Source of the DNA: a virus
Length of the DNA: 64,000 nucleotides
IMG/VR virus record: IMGVR_UViG_3300025704_002294
Span: 30,201 to 94,200 of that record
Reading direction: 5' to 3' (one strand)
Below, in pieces: positions 28,543-39,206 of the stretch. Every line of letters begins with the position of its first letter. Position 1 is the stretch's first letter. The position numbers were made by a program, and so were the translations under genes. Under the pieces are notes generated by a model, which had not been told where the DNA came from, searched no databases, and saw nothing but the letters and a program-made list of their open reading frames with translations.

Positions 28543-28618
28543 GCCACCGTAACTCAGTTGGTAGAGTAACTGATTTGTAATCAGTAGGTCGTCAGTTCGA
28601 GTCTGACCGGTGGCTCCA
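28543..28618 (+). tRNA. tRNA-Thr(UGU)
   Basis: Cloverleaf: GCCACCG/CGGTGGC acceptor, ACTGA-TTTGTAA-TCAGT anticodon arm, GTTCGAG T-loop, encoded CCA; 76 nt. Confidence 0.97.
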
Positions 28619-28659
28619 TTTATATAAATAAATGCGACTCACAAATAACAGGAACACAA

Positions 28660-29739
28660 ATGGCACGGAATAAAAAGTCCAGAAATAAAAAATACGATCC
28701 AGAAAAATCACAGAATACAATTAAAGGTTCTCAAGACGTTAAATCAGGTATATCTGAGGATCTTACACCTCAACAAATAGCAGAGCAAGAAACACTTTTT
28801 AATCTATTAGAAAGAAAGATTGAAATTCCTGTACAAAGTTTTGAAAATAAACATCTGTTTATTGCAACACCGTGTTACGGTGGTCAAGTAACAGAACCGT
28901 ATCTTAGAAGTATGGTTAGACTTATTTTGCTTATGAATAGATTCAATGTTAAATTTACAATGAGCACACTAGCAAATGAAAGTTTAATTACAAGAGGTAG
29001 AAATACCCTTGTTAGTTTCTTTATGGAAAATAAAGATGCAACACATCTAATGTTTATTGATGCTGATATTGAATTTAATCCTGAAGATGCACTTAGAATG
29101 TTAGCATACGATAAACCAATTATTGTTGGTGCATATCCTAAGAAAGCATTAAACTGGGATAGTATCTTACAAGCGGCTAGAACACCTGGATTAAATGAGA
29201 CCCCACAGACTATTGAAGGACATAGTTCTAATTATGTTACAAATTTTGCATTTGCAGAGGATGAAAACGGCAATAAAATACCTTCAGTACAAATTAAAGA
29301 TAACTTAATTAAACTCTTAGATGGCGGTACAGGATTTATGACAATTAAGAAAGAAGTTATACAAACTATGTTTGACAAGTATCCTGAAACAAAGTATAAC
29401 AATGATTTAAACATTGATCAAAAGTTTGAGCCATTTATGTATGCATTGTTTGATTGTATTATTGATCCAGAAAGCAGACGTTACTTGTCAGAAGATTATA
29501 CATTCTGCAGACGTTGGCAACAAATCGACGGAGATATTTGGCTAGATCCTAGAGTAAGCCTTAATCATGTTGGTCACTATACATTTAATGGTAATGTTAG
29601 AAAAATGCTTACAGGTGAAGCAAGAGTGCAACAACAATATGTATCACCTGACGATAGACCATTTGTTATTGGTGCATCAGATAAAGTTACAGAACAACCA
29701 CAACCACAAAAATCCATACAAATAAGTAAAAAGAAATGA
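28660..29739 (+). CDS. GT-A fold glycosyltransferase
   Basis: FIATPCYGG, LITRGRN, HLMFIDADI, LSEDYTFC, HVG; TATAAATA 28623-30. Confidence 0.85.
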   Translation: MARNKKSRNKKYDPEKSQNTIKGSQDVKSGISEDLTPQQIAEQETLFNLLERKIEIPVQSFENKHLFIATPCYGGQVTEPYLRSMVRLILLMNRFNVKFTMSTLANESLITRGRNTLVSFFMENKDATHLMFIDADIEFNPEDALRMLAYDKPIIVGAYPKKALNWDSILQAARTPGLNETPQTIEGHSSNYVTNFAFAEDENGNKIPSVQIKDNLIKLLDGGTGFMTIKKEVIQTMFDKYPETKYNNDLNIDQKFEPFMYALFDCIIDPESRRYLSEDYTFCRRWQQIDGDIWLDPRVSLNHVGHYTFNGNVRKMLTGEARVQQQYVSPDDRPFVIGASDKVTEQPQPQKSIQISKKK

Positions 29740-30554
29740 AAAAAATAAGTGTACTATTAGCAACAAGACAAAGAACAGAAATGCTTGATAAAAGCATTGA
29801 CAGTTTATTAAAAAATGTAAGCAATACAGATAATGTTGAAATTATGTTAGGTATTGACAATGATGATCACGAAACATTAGATTTTGTACAGTCAGATGAC
29901 TTTCAAAATAAAATGCAAGATGAATATAACGTTGATGTACAAGCAGTAGTATTTGATAGACTAGGTTATAAAAATTTACATCAATATATGAATCAACTTT
30001 GGGGTAAAGCAAATGGCGAATGGCTAATGCTGTGGAACGATGATGCTATTATGGAAAGCAAAGATTGGGATTTAGAAATAGGCAAATTTGATGAAGAATT
30101 TGCATTACTTAAATTTAATCAAACAAATCATGACCACCCATACGCATTGTTTCCTGTAATACCCACAGACTGGTGCAGACTTATTGGTACCTTTAGTATG
30201 AATTCACAAAACGATGCTTGGCTTAATTTAATTGCTAAACCATTAGGTATTATTAAAGATATTCCTGTAGATGTATTACATGATAGATTTGATCTTACTG
30301 GTAATAATGACGATGAAATATTTAGAAGCAGAGAATATGCTGAAGGAAATCCGCAAGATCCAAATGATTTAATGAGCGAAAATAATATCAGAATGAGAGA
30401 TGCAATTATACACAAGATTGCATGGTATTGTAACCGTATAGGGCAAACAGAAACTAGCGATTACTTCGATAAAGTAAAAGCAGGGGATTTAGATCCTTTT
30501 GAAGATTGGAAAAAAGTTAGGGAAAGTGCAGTAGGATTAGGCTCTGGTTTATAA
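29736..30554 (+). CDS. GT2-like glycosyltransferase
   Basis: ISVLLATR, IDNDD, MLWNDD. Confidence 0.75.
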   Translation: MKKISVLLATRQRTEMLDKSIDSLLKNVSNTDNVEIMLGIDNDDHETLDFVQSDDFQNKMQDEYNVDVQAVVFDRLGYKNLHQYMNQLWGKANGEWLMLWNDDAIMESKDWDLEIGKFDEEFALLKFNQTNHDHPYALFPVIPTDWCRLIGTFSMNSQNDAWLNLIAKPLGIIKDIPVDVLHDRFDLTGNNDDEIFRSREYAEGNPQDPNDLMSENNIRMRDAIIHKIAWYCNRIGQTETSDYFDKVKAGDLDPFEDWKKVRESAVGLGSGL

Positions 30555-30562
30555 ATAGTAGC

Positions 30563-30766
30563 ATGGCAAAGAAAGATAAAAGACGAACAATAGTATACCT
30601 AATACCGGAAGGCGAAACAAGGGATCACCACACATATCATTATACCGCAGTGAAAACAAAAGCACTGGTAATTGAAAATAGAAAATTAAAACTTAAAAAA
30701 TTTAATCCTGTTAAGCAAAAACACGAGTATTTTGTAGAAGCAAAACTACCACCACATAGCAAATAA
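30563..30766 (+). CDS. rpmG: ribosomal protein bL33 (Zn-free type)
   Basis: RTIVYLI...HYTAVKTK...KLKLKKFNPVKQKHEYFVEAK; TATAAATA + 5 nt + ATG. Confidence 0.75.
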   Translation: MAKKDKRRTIVYLIPEGETRDHHTYHYTAVKTKALVIENRKLKLKKFNPVKQKHEYFVEAKLPPHSK

Positions 30767-30770
30767 ATAG

Positions 30771-30799
30771 TTGACATATACTATAAATAGTAGTATAAT
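30771..30799 (+). promoter_or_regulatory. sigma70 promoter with nested late box
   Basis: TTGACA-17-TATAAT; TATAAATA at 30782-89 within the spacer. Confidence 0.85.
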
Positions 30800-30808
30800 A
30801 AGGGCACT

Positions 30809-31231
30809 ATGGAAGAAACAATAAAAATATTTGTATACGGCACACTGAAATCAGGCAATTCTACACGAGGATTAGATAGTCCTCAATTTGCAGACATTGA
30901 TAAAACAAAGTTAGGTATTGCTAAAACTACTGGAAGTAAATTCAACATGGTTGACTTAGGTGCATTCCCAGGAGTAATTGTAAACGGCGAGCATGATATA
31001 GTTGGCGAAGTTTGGGAAGGTGGCAAAGACTTCTTAGAACTATGCGATAGCATTGAAGGACACGAGGGCGATAAACTAAACAATTTCTATCACAGAGATT
31101 TAGTTGGTACCACAGAAGGCCCAGCATACATATATCATTTAGACCCTTGGTATTGGAGTGATTACGGAGACGATTACGAAAATGTTCCTAGTATCACATT
31201 GTCTAATAACACACTAACTTGGAACAGATAA
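30809..31231 (+). CDS. gamma-glutamylcyclotransferase (AIG2-like)
   Basis: IFVYGTLK, FPG, GEVW, DSIEG. Confidence 0.85.
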   Translation: MEETIKIFVYGTLKSGNSTRGLDSPQFADIDKTKLGIAKTTGSKFNMVDLGAFPGVIVNGEHDIVGEVWEGGKDFLELCDSIEGHEGDKLNNFYHRDLVGTTEGPAYIYHLDPWYWSDYGDDYENVPSITLSNNTLTWNR

Positions 31232-31776
31232 TGGAATACGCATCACAATGGAATACTACTCTAGTAGATCCTAAACACCCAGTATTAAGAAATGAATGCA
31301 CAATAGACCCGTTGACTACTGACATAGTGTGGCAAACAGTTGAGCAAGAAATGTTTAAACTCATGCATGAAAGACTAGGCCTAGGCCTTGCCGCACCGCA
31401 ACTTGGTAATCCTGTAAAAATGTTTGTAATGAGACACAGCACAGAAGGTGACATTGCTGTTTACAATCCTAAAATTATAAATGTGTCTGAAGAAAAAGTT
31501 ACATTAGAAGAAGGATGCTTAACATTTCCAGGATTGTTTTTTCATATAACTAGACCCGAAGGCGTACAAGTTACTTTTCAAAACAGAAAAGGCGAAGAGC
31601 AAAGCATGGAACTAATTGGAATGGATTCACGTTGCTTTCAGCATGAAACCGATCATTTACATGGTATACTTAATCTAACGTATGTGAGTGATCTCAAATT
31701 ACAACGTGCAATAAACAAAAGAGATAAACTCATTAAAAAATATTCCAAGATGAAAAGATCAGTTAGTCGTGTATGA
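31231..31776 (+). CDS. def: peptide deformylase
   Basis: GLGLAAPQLG, EEGCLT, QHETDHLHG; TAATG coupling suggests start 31231. Confidence 0.95.
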   Translation: MEYASQWNTTLVDPKHPVLRNECTIDPLTTDIVWQTVEQEMFKLMHERLGLGLAAPQLGNPVKMFVMRHSTEGDIAVYNPKIINVSEEKVTLEEGCLTFPGLFFHITRPEGVQVTFQNRKGEEQSMELIGMDSRCFQHETDHLHGILNLTYVSDLKLQRAINKRDKLIKKYSKMKRSVSRV

Positions 31777-32354
31777 TTCCGAAATACATATATGACATTC
31801 CTAGTTTTATGTCTAAATCAGACTTAGAATCTATTTACGACTTAGCATATACATTACCAAGCAATAGCAATATATTAGAAATTGGCTGTTTTTTAGGCAG
31901 TACTACTTGTACATTAAAAGAAGCAAGACAAGATTCTAATTTATATTGCGTAGACAAATGGACAAATGAAGAACATAATGATTATTTAATAGGATATGAT
32001 AGGAAGACAATATATGAAAACATAGAGTCTGATAAAAATACATGGAGGCAAAATACAAAGCATTTAAAAAATGTTTTTATGTATCATGAAAAGTCGCTAG
32101 ATGTTGAATTTGATAAAGACTTAAAATTTGATTTGATATTTTTAGACGGTGACCACACATATGGTAATGTAATGGGGGAATTGATAAAATTTTCTAGTCT
32201 ATTAAAACCAAACGGTATATTAGCAGGTCATGATTACGGATGTGCACCATGCACAAACGCAATTACAAAATTTGCCACAGATAATAATTTAGCAGTATGG
32301 ACATTATTAGATAGTGTATGGTACTATAAACCTTATAGGACTAGGCAGAAATGA
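31773..32354 (+). CDS. class I SAM methyltransferase (Methyltransf_24-like)
   Basis: LEIGCFLGST, DLIFLDGDH, GHDY. Confidence 0.85.
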   Translation: MIPKYIYDIPSFMSKSDLESIYDLAYTLPSNSNILEIGCFLGSTTCTLKEARQDSNLYCVDKWTNEEHNDYLIGYDRKTIYENIESDKNTWRQNTKHLKNVFMYHEKSLDVEFDKDLKFDLIFLDGDHTYGNVMGELIKFSSLLKPNGILAGHDYGCAPCTNAITKFATDNNLAVWTLLDSVWYYKPYRTRQK

Positions 32355-33196
32355 ATTATCCTTTTTGGGTCTTTGATTGGAATCGTGTAAGAGACTATCA
32401 AGAACAATACCCACTTTCAAAAGAAATATTTAAACACCCATTAAGTTTATGGTATGGTAATCGTAGTGCAAAACCTATTAAAGGTTTAGATAAAAGTTTA
32501 CGCAGATTATTTAAACGTAGTGGTGATAAAATGCCTATACTTGTAGTGTACAACATGCCTAACAGAGACATTGGGCAATACAGTAAAGGTGGTGCCCAAA
32601 CCCATGCTGAGTATCTAGAATTTATACAAGACTTTTCTAATGGCATAGGCAACAACAAACCAATTGTTGTATTTGAACCAGATGCTATTCCACATTTAAC
32701 ACACTTAGATAAAAGCGAAGCAGATAGTAGAATACAATTGATTAAAGAAGCATTAGAAATCTTAACACAAACAGGTGCATTTGTTTATATAGATGTTGGG
32801 CACAGTAACTGGTTAAGTCCCGAAGAAGTAAATCTTTATTTAAATAAAGTTTCCAATACTAAAGTAAGAGGCTTTAGTGTTAATGTAAGTAACTATAGAA
32901 CAACATTAGAGTCGGCAAAGTGGGCAAACAAAATATGCGAACTAAGACCGCATGATTATTATGTTATAGATACTAGCCGTAACGGCAATGGTCCACATGG
33001 TAACGATTGGTGTAATCCACCAGGTAGAGCATTAGGAGAGTCGCCTACATGCGATACAGGATTAGAAAAATGCGATGCTTATCTGTGGATTAAAATACCC
33101 GGTGAAAGCGACGGTAAATGCAATGGCGGACCAAGAGCAGGAAGAATGTGGGGCGAAATGGCCGAGGAACTAGTAAGGAATACAACATGGATTTAA
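32351..33196 (+). CDS. glycoside hydrolase family 6 (endoglucanase-type)
   Basis: VYNMPNRD, EPDA, YIDVGHSNW, GFSVNVSNY, IDTSRNGNG, WCNPPG, WIKIPGESDG. Confidence 0.92.
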   Translation: MNYPFWVFDWNRVRDYQEQYPLSKEIFKHPLSLWYGNRSAKPIKGLDKSLRRLFKRSGDKMPILVVYNMPNRDIGQYSKGGAQTHAEYLEFIQDFSNGIGNNKPIVVFEPDAIPHLTHLDKSEADSRIQLIKEALEILTQTGAFVYIDVGHSNWLSPEEVNLYLNKVSNTKVRGFSVNVSNYRTTLESAKWANKICELRPHDYYVIDTSRNGNGPHGNDWCNPPGRALGESPTCDTGLEKCDAYLWIKIPGESDGKCNGGPRAGRMWGEMAEELVRNTTWI

Positions 33197-33765
33197 ACTT
33201 TTTTATAATGGATAACTTTTATACTAACCCTGACCAAGTTCGAGAATTTGCACTTAGTAGAGAATTTATTACAGAAGGCAATTACCCTGGATACAGGACT
33301 GGCCCAGAAGAAACACAACAACATAACTATTTAAAAACATTTTTTGAAGAAAGTATAATTAAAAAACCAATTTCGTATTGGCCGGAAGAATATAATACTG
33401 CATATCAAATTACCACACAAGAATCTAAAACATGGATTCACCACGACGAAACTACATGGGCGGCAGTATTATACTTAACACCAGACGCACCTGCAGAATC
33501 AGGTACTGGTATTTATAGACACAAACCAACAGGCATATACGAATGGGACGGTGTTAAAGATTCTGCATCTGATTTTAATAATTCTGATTTTCTAGGTGAG
33601 GAACATATGGACCAATGGGAACAGATTGCATTTGTTGGTAATGTGTATAATAGGCTAGTATGTTACAAAGGAAGCCTATACCATAGAAGTGTATTACCTG
33701 GATTTGGAACAGATAAATATTCAGGTAGATTGTTTCAAACATTCTTTTTTAGTACACAGGAATAG
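33187..33765 (+). CDS. 2OG-Fe(II) oxygenase-like protein (DUF6445-type)
   Basis: DNFYTNPD, YPGYRT, WIHHD, YLTP, YNRLV, YHRS, RLFQTFF; start moved to ATG after SD. Confidence 0.7.
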   Translation: MDLNFFIMDNFYTNPDQVREFALSREFITEGNYPGYRTGPEETQQHNYLKTFFEESIIKKPISYWPEEYNTAYQITTQESKTWIHHDETTWAAVLYLTPDAPAESGTGIYRHKPTGIYEWDGVKDSASDFNNSDFLGEEHMDQWEQIAFVGNVYNRLVCYKGSLYHRSVLPGFGTDKYSGRLFQTFFFSTQE

Positions 33766-33766
33766 T

Positions 33767-34444
33767 ATGGATAGTTATTGGCAATGGAATAAAGAAAACT
33801 TTGATTGGCATTACGATCCTGCGTCTAAACATTCCGATGTGCAATATGTAGGAAAATATATATCTAATCCAACAACGTTGCTTACAGACGTTGTAAGTGC
33901 GTCTAGTGATGCCTTATCCGACGACGATGCATACGATGAAGTAAGTATCAAAGGTACTCCTTACAACAAAGAAGCCGCAGAAATAATGGAAGGATATCAT
34001 AACGATTTAACTCGAGCAGGGTTTACTCCACATAATACAGGCGGCAGACAAACATGGAATGTATGCGATACATTTCGTAGAATGGGAGAGTTAAGTGGAT
34101 TAAAAAACCCACAAATAATGTTTTTAGAACAACCACCAGGAAAAGCAATTCCTTGGCATAGAGATAGTTATAATAATTATAGACGTAACTTTGCTAAAGT
34201 TAGTGATGATACAGAAGTAATACGTTACTTAGTACAACTAAATGATTGGCAATGGGGACATTATGTTAGTGTTGGCAATGATGTACTGCACCAATACAGC
34301 ATAGGTGACATACATTGTTGGAAAGAAGGCATATATCATGCTACAGGAAATGTAGGATATTGGCCTAGATGGAGTTTAACTATTACTGGCCAAGTAACAC
34401 CCGAGTCATTGCATTTACACCAACCTAAAGAAATACTGATATGA
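33767..34444 (+). CDS. cupin/2OG-Fe(II) oxygenase-like protein
   Basis: PPG..IPWHRD, DWQWGH, YHATGN, R..LTITG; GATAAATA 33712-19 upstream. Confidence 0.65.
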   Translation: MDSYWQWNKENFDWHYDPASKHSDVQYVGKYISNPTTLLTDVVSASSDALSDDDAYDEVSIKGTPYNKEAAEIMEGYHNDLTRAGFTPHNTGGRQTWNVCDTFRRMGELSGLKNPQIMFLEQPPGKAIPWHRDSYNNYRRNFAKVSDDTEVIRYLVQLNDWQWGHYVSVGNDVLHQYSIGDIHCWKEGIYHATGNVGYWPRWSLTITGQVTPESLHLHQPKEILI

Positions 34445-34770
34445 CATTTGTAGTAGGAAGTCCGTGTGTAGGCTGTAAAGATACCGCCTGTGTCACTGTG
34501 TGCCCAGTAGATTGTTTTTACGAAGGCCCTGACATGCTTTACATTGATCCGGATGAATGTATTGACTGTGCATTATGTGAACCTGAATGTCCTGTAGAAG
34601 CAATATGGAGCGATGACGAACTTCCAAACGAACAAATTCCTTTTATTGATATTAATATCAAAGGTTCTGAAAAATATAGAGATGCTAACATAGTGGATCA
34701 ACAAGAACCATTAGCACATAAATCACCATATACTACTGCTGAAGCAATCAAGGTAGTACAGATAGATTAG
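34441..34770 (+). CDS. fdxA: 7Fe-type dicluster ferredoxin
   Basis: [21 protein letters not shown]...[19 protein letters not shown]. Confidence 0.9.
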   Translation: MTFVVGSPCVGCKDTACVTVCPVDCFYEGPDMLYIDPDECIDCALCEPECPVEAIWSDDELPNEQIPFIDINIKGSEKYRDANIVDQQEPLAHKSPYTTAEAIKVVQID

Positions 34771-34790
34771 AAAAAAAGATAAATACTACT

Positions 34791-36704
34791 ATGGACCGTT
34801 CAAATATCATAGTAGTATACCCAGGTAGATTCCAACCTTTTCACAAAGGACACAAATCAGTGTTCGAACATCTTAAAAAAGACTGGGCAAATGTGTATAT
34901 TGCTACCACAAACAAAGTGCAACCAGGTAAATCACCATTTAACTTTCAAGATAAATTAAATTTTATGCAACTGCTAGGCATCGACAGTAATGAAGTACTA
35001 GAAGTAAAAAATACATACAATGGACAAGAATATATAGACCAATTTGGCAAGAAATTTACTGCTAGTGATACAGGATTGATCATGGTTGTTAGCGAAAAAG
35101 ATATGGTAGATGACCCAAGATTTAACTTTCCTAACATGGGTGTATCACTTAAAAAAGACGGCAATCCTGCATATTTACAAAAATTTACACACGAAGATGA
35201 CATGAAAAGCATGGCTGAGCATGGTTATATTATGACTGCTCCTATCTTTCCATTTAAAATAGCAGGACACGATTTAGATAGTGCTAGTCAAATTAGAGAA
35301 CTAATGAAAGGTGATGAAGAACTAGCAAAACAGGTTTTTGTGGACTTATATGATAAATACAACGAAGACTTATTTAAACTTATACGAGAGAAACTTATGA
35401 TAACTGAACAAGAAATATTAGATTTAAACTATATGCGTAAAATGGCAGGTTTAAACGAAATAGATGTCGAGGACGACGACTATGCAGATGCACCAGGATA
35501 CAAGGAAATGCCTATGTTTGACCAATTAGGAAAAATCATAGACAGTGACGAGATGTCCAAAGATGGCGATGACATAAAAAATCCTAAATCAACTGTGAAA
35601 ACAGATGACGGTTCAGAAGTTGAAGTAAGTGTAGGCGAAGCAAAAGCAGTTAGAAAAATGTTAAACATGCTGGGCTCTAATAGAGGAGCAGATGCAAAAT
35701 CACCTAGAGAAAAGTTTCAAGATGCAATTCAAAAAGAAGAAGGTTTAACAAATATGATTGAATTTGCTAATTCAAAAGGATTAGTAGAAGAAAGTGACGT
35801 AGTAGACAGTGAGGAATACGCATTAGAAGATTTAGACTTAAATGATATCAGATATGACTATGGTGTTAAGCCAGTATCAGAAGGTGGCAATGCATTTGAT
35901 ATAGCAATGACAGATTCAGAAGATATTATTATGACATGCCAAGATCAAGAAGAATGTTTAAAAGAGTTAGAAGCATTAATAGTAGATAATGCAGATGAGT
36001 GGGATAGCAAATATGCAAACGAAGTAGTGCAAGACTACATCACATTGGTAGTTGATAAAGGTATTGAAGGTGCCAAAGAATATGTAGAGCAACAAGATAA
36101 AGAACCAGAAGGTGCACCATTAGAAAGTAAAGGTTCAAAGCCTGACTACATTGATATAGACGGCGATGGCGACAAAGAAGAGCCAATGAAAAAAGCAGTC
36201 AAAGATAAAAACAAGAAAGACGAAAGTTTTGACGCAAGTGCAGAACAAAGTCGTGAAGAAGAAGCATACGAAGAATTAATGAATGCCCTACAAAGTGGTG
36301 GTGAAGAAGCATACGCAGAAGCATGTGGTTTATCAATGGAAGAACTTGATCAGGAAATGGGCGAGATTTCCAGAGACTTAAACTTACACATGGATGATGA
36401 CAGAGATGAAATTATTCAAAGACATGCTGAAGATACTGTAGATAGTGCAGATTGGAAAGACCATGGCGAACCTGAAGTAGACGAAGATATTCAAAGAATG
36501 CGAGACCTAGCAGGATTAGGTGAAATGTTAGGTAAGGATGGTAAAAAGCCAGGAGTACCTTATAGCAAATCTACTCAAAAAGATTTAGATGACAGAATAG
36601 CAGTCGCAACTCCTCCTAAAGGCGATACTGGCGAAGCAGATGCAGAAGAAGGTGAAACAGCACGTTTCTTAAGACATATGAAAAATATAAAGAAAGCAAA
36701 GTAA
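34791..36704 (+). CDS. HxGH nucleotidyltransferase domain fused to acidic head-cargo-type modules
   Basis: YPGRFQPFHKGH...SASQIR; two RxxAGL motifs; DIDGDGD EF-hand-like; GATAAATA + 5 nt + ATG. Confidence 0.75.
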   Translation: MDRSNIIVVYPGRFQPFHKGHKSVFEHLKKDWANVYIATTNKVQPGKSPFNFQDKLNFMQLLGIDSNEVLEVKNTYNGQEYIDQFGKKFTASDTGLIMVVSEKDMVDDPRFNFPNMGVSLKKDGNPAYLQKFTHEDDMKSMAEHGYIMTAPIFPFKIAGHDLDSASQIRELMKGDEELAKQVFVDLYDKYNEDLFKLIREKLMITEQEILDLNYMRKMAGLNEIDVEDDDYADAPGYKEMPMFDQLGKIIDSDEMSKDGDDIKNPKSTVKTDDGSEVEVSVGEAKAVRKMLNMLGSNRGADAKSPREKFQDAIQKEEGLTNMIEFANSKGLVEESDVVDSEEYALEDLDLNDIRYDYGVKPVSEGGNAFDIAMTDSEDIIMTCQDQEECLKELEALIVDNADEWDSKYANEVVQDYITLVVDKGIEGAKEYVEQQDKEPEGAPLESKGSKPDYIDIDGDGDKEEPMKKAVKDKNKKDESFDASAEQSREEEAYEELMNALQSGGEEAYAEACGLSMEELDQEMGEISRDLNLHMDDDRDEIIQRHAEDTVDSADWKDHGEPEVDEDIQRMRDLAGLGEMLGKDGKKPGVPYSKSTQKDLDDRIAVATPPKGDTGEADAEEGETARFLRHMKNIKKAK

Positions 36705-36705
36705 T

Positions 36706-37113
36706 ATGAGTAAAGTTAGCAAAGAAGATTTAAAAAGATTACAGGAATTAGCAGGCATATACGGCCAACTATTCGAAAAAGATGCTGGTGACAGCGACAA
36801 TGTAAAAGTGGCAATTGGTCATGTTGATAATGAAAGAGATATGATTAGACGCCAATTATACCAAATGGGAAAATATAGTGTAGAGATCGCAAAGACTCTA
36901 AAAGAATTGCCAGATTCAGATTTCCCAAATTGGTGGCAAGCAAAGATTACTAAAGCAGGAGCATATCTAAGTGACTGTGCTCACTATTTAGAAAACACAA
37001 TGCAAGTACCGCCAGGCGATGATATGACTGGTGACGGTAGTCAAGGTGACATAGAAGTATCAGATCCAAACTACAACGACGACAGAGATCAAGACCCAAG
37101 CGGCGTAAGTTAA
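36706..37113 (+). CDS. putative head-associated protein
   Basis: LKRLQELAGI motif; WWQAKITKA...HYLE module. Confidence 0.6.
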   Translation: MSKVSKEDLKRLQELAGIYGQLFEKDAGDSDNVKVAIGHVDNERDMIRRQLYQMGKYSVEIAKTLKELPDSDFPNWWQAKITKAGAYLSDCAHYLENTMQVPPGDDMTGDGSQGDIEVSDPNYNDDRDQDPSGVS

Positions 37114-37154
37114 AAACTCCATAAATATCCATAGTAAACAAGATAAATATTACT

Positions 37155-37808
37155 ATGGCGGCTACAAAACAAGAGCAATATATTGATAAGATATCCAGAG
37201 ACGGTGCAATAGAATTTGTAGGGTCAGAAAGTCGACTTGATTTTGATTTAATGGGTAAAGATCATTTTGAATATCTATTATATCACGGACTAAACCCTAA
37301 TCATGTATTATTTGATGTTGGTTGTGGTGCACTGAGAACAGGGCAGTTTGTTATTCCATATTTAGATTCAACTAATTACTTTGGATTAGATCGAATGCCA
37401 GAACTAATTGAATACGGTTTAAATGAAGTATTAACACCCGAAACTGTGTTTGATAAAACTCCTAGATTTTCTGTAAATAGCGAGTTTAATTGTGCATTTG
37501 TAGACAAACCAGTTGATTATGCATGGTGTCAAAGTTTGATGTCACATCTAAGTGTAGCAGATATAAAGCATTGCTTAAACAATGTTAAAGACACATTATC
37601 GCCTGATGGTAAAATTTACTTTACTTACTTCCAGTTAGAAGGGTTAGAAGAAAATCAAGCAAATCAACAAGCAACTCATTCCAAAGAAGATTTATTCTAC
37701 AGCGAACAACATATGGATAATATTGTTGCAAGTTGTGGATTAAAGAAAATATTTAACGGTCCAATTGGCCATCCAAGAGGTCAATGGATGTACATTAGCA
37801 AGGTATAA
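37155..37808 (+). CDS. class I SAM methyltransferase
   Basis: LFDVGCGALR, QSLMSH, LSPDG; leaderless context. Confidence 0.85.
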   Translation: MAATKQEQYIDKISRDGAIEFVGSESRLDFDLMGKDHFEYLLYHGLNPNHVLFDVGCGALRTGQFVIPYLDSTNYFGLDRMPELIEYGLNEVLTPETVFDKTPRFSVNSEFNCAFVDKPVDYAWCQSLMSHLSVADIKHCLNNVKDTLSPDGKIYFTYFQLEGLEENQANQQATHSKEDLFYSEQHMDNIVASCGLKKIFNGPIGHPRGQWMYISKV

Positions 37809-37816
37809 ATAAAATT

Positions 37817-38044
37817 ATGAAAGTTGAAATATATAGCAAACCACAATGTCCTTATTGCGTTCAAGCAAAAGCATTAGCAGAAAGAGAAGGTCACAAACTA
37901 ACATATAAAATGTTAGATGAGGACTTTAATAGAGAACAGTTAATGGAAACATTTCCTGGTGCTAGGACATTCCCACAAATTATAGTAGACGGTAATAAGA
38001 TTGGCGGTTTTACAGAGTATAAGGCATTAGTAGACGCAAGTTAA
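37817..38044 (+). CDS. glutaredoxin
   Basis: CPYC, TFPQI, IGGF; TATAAATA + 5 nt + ATG. Confidence 0.95.
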   Translation: MKVEIYSKPQCPYCVQAKALAEREGHKLTYKMLDEDFNREQLMETFPGARTFPQIIVDGNKIGGFTEYKALVDAS

Positions 38045-38583
38045 ATCTGTGTTGCTACAATGTGTATTCGATCATCATTGCTGAAATTAACTGCTGAATG
38101 CAAATAATTAGTACGCATCAAGTACGCATTTCCAGGTTCTAAATTGTAATGTTTAATAGAGATATCAGTACCTGTATCACTTGCTACAGGCTTATCCGTG
38201 TAGAACATTAAAAAGTTTTGATCGTTCGTTATAACAGGTATGTGTAGGCGCATTACATGGTCTGTGCCGTCATGATGAACACTATAACATGTGCGTCTTG
38301 CTTTATTCATTATACGCCATCTACAGTAATTAGGTGCTAAACTTTGTATTAATTCGCCTATATAACGGTCTTTTATGCTGTTATTAATAGTAGTAAACTC
38401 GTGTTCGCTATAGTTTAAATTAGCAATTTTGCCTATGCTACAATCCCAATCGTCATTGCCTGTGATACTTGTAAGGCTGATTTGTTGATTAGGCCACAAT
38501 GGTGTTAACCCAAGTATATACTCGACATCTTCTAATAATTGTTTTTGATCTATTTGTATAGATAGTTTGTTTATATATTCCAT
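38041..38583 (-). CDS. Asp/Asn beta-hydroxylase-like 2OG-Fe(II) oxygenase
   Basis: VHHD, RLHIPVITN, HSAVN, RIHIV. Confidence 0.75.
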   Translation of the reverse strand: MEYINKLSIQIDQKQLLEDVEYILGLTPLWPNQQISLTSITGNDDWDCSIGKIANLNYSEHEFTTINNSIKDRYIGELIQSLAPNYCRWRIMNKARRTCYSVHHDGTDHVMRLHIPVITNDQNFLMFYTDKPVASDTGTDISIKHYNLEPGNAYLMRTNYLHSAVNFSNDDRIHIVATQI

Positions 38584-39206
38584 GGTACTAACTTAAATCT
38601 CTCTTTTGGTAAGCCTAAGTATTTAGTAGTCCATTTGCTTTGCCCAACAAAATCTAAGTGTGCCCATTCTTCTTTTTTAGCAAGTTTTTCTTTGGCAAAG
38701 TTATTCCAATCTGTATTTACTAATAGTTCTTCTATGACAGATTTTTTACTTTCTACTTCATCTAAACTATTACTATCCCATTCGTAATGAAATAACTCCA
38801 TAGTCTTATATCTATTGCTATCAACATAATCTATACTTATATCAATACCCCACTTAGGTTTAAGTTGAGTCATTTTGTGTATAAGATGATTGCCTTCTGC
38901 CCAATGCCCTAACTGTTCTAGAGCATATCCGTGATAGCCTTTGCGTTCAAACAAATAAGAATGATTTATATGTGGACCTGTTTTACTATCACTTAGTAAC
39001 CAAGGTTTAGCAATAGCACGTCTATATCTTACAAAGTATGCTTCGCCCATATTTACTTTGGCATACTCTTGTTCAAGTGGACATAAATCATAACCACTTT
39101 GATCAAATAGTTGTAATGATTCTGCATTAGGACAATGCATTTGTTCTATGGCTGTGCCCCAAGTACCTTGTGAATTAAATATATTTTTGCTTTTACTAAT
39201 GTGCAT
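38571..39206 (-). CDS. hypothetical protein
   Basis: 211-aa ORF in minus-strand operon. Confidence 0.7.
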   Translation of the reverse strand: MHISKSKNIFNSQGTWGTAIEQMHCPNAESLQLFDQSGYDLCPLEQEYAKVNMGEAYFVRYRRAIAKPWLLSDSKTGPHINHSYLFERKGYHGYALEQLGHWAEGNHLIHKMTQLKPKWGIDISIDYVDSNRYKTMELFHYEWDSNSLDEVESKKSVIEELLVNTDWNNFAKEKLAKKEEWAHLDFVGQSKWTTKYLGLPKERFKLVPWNI

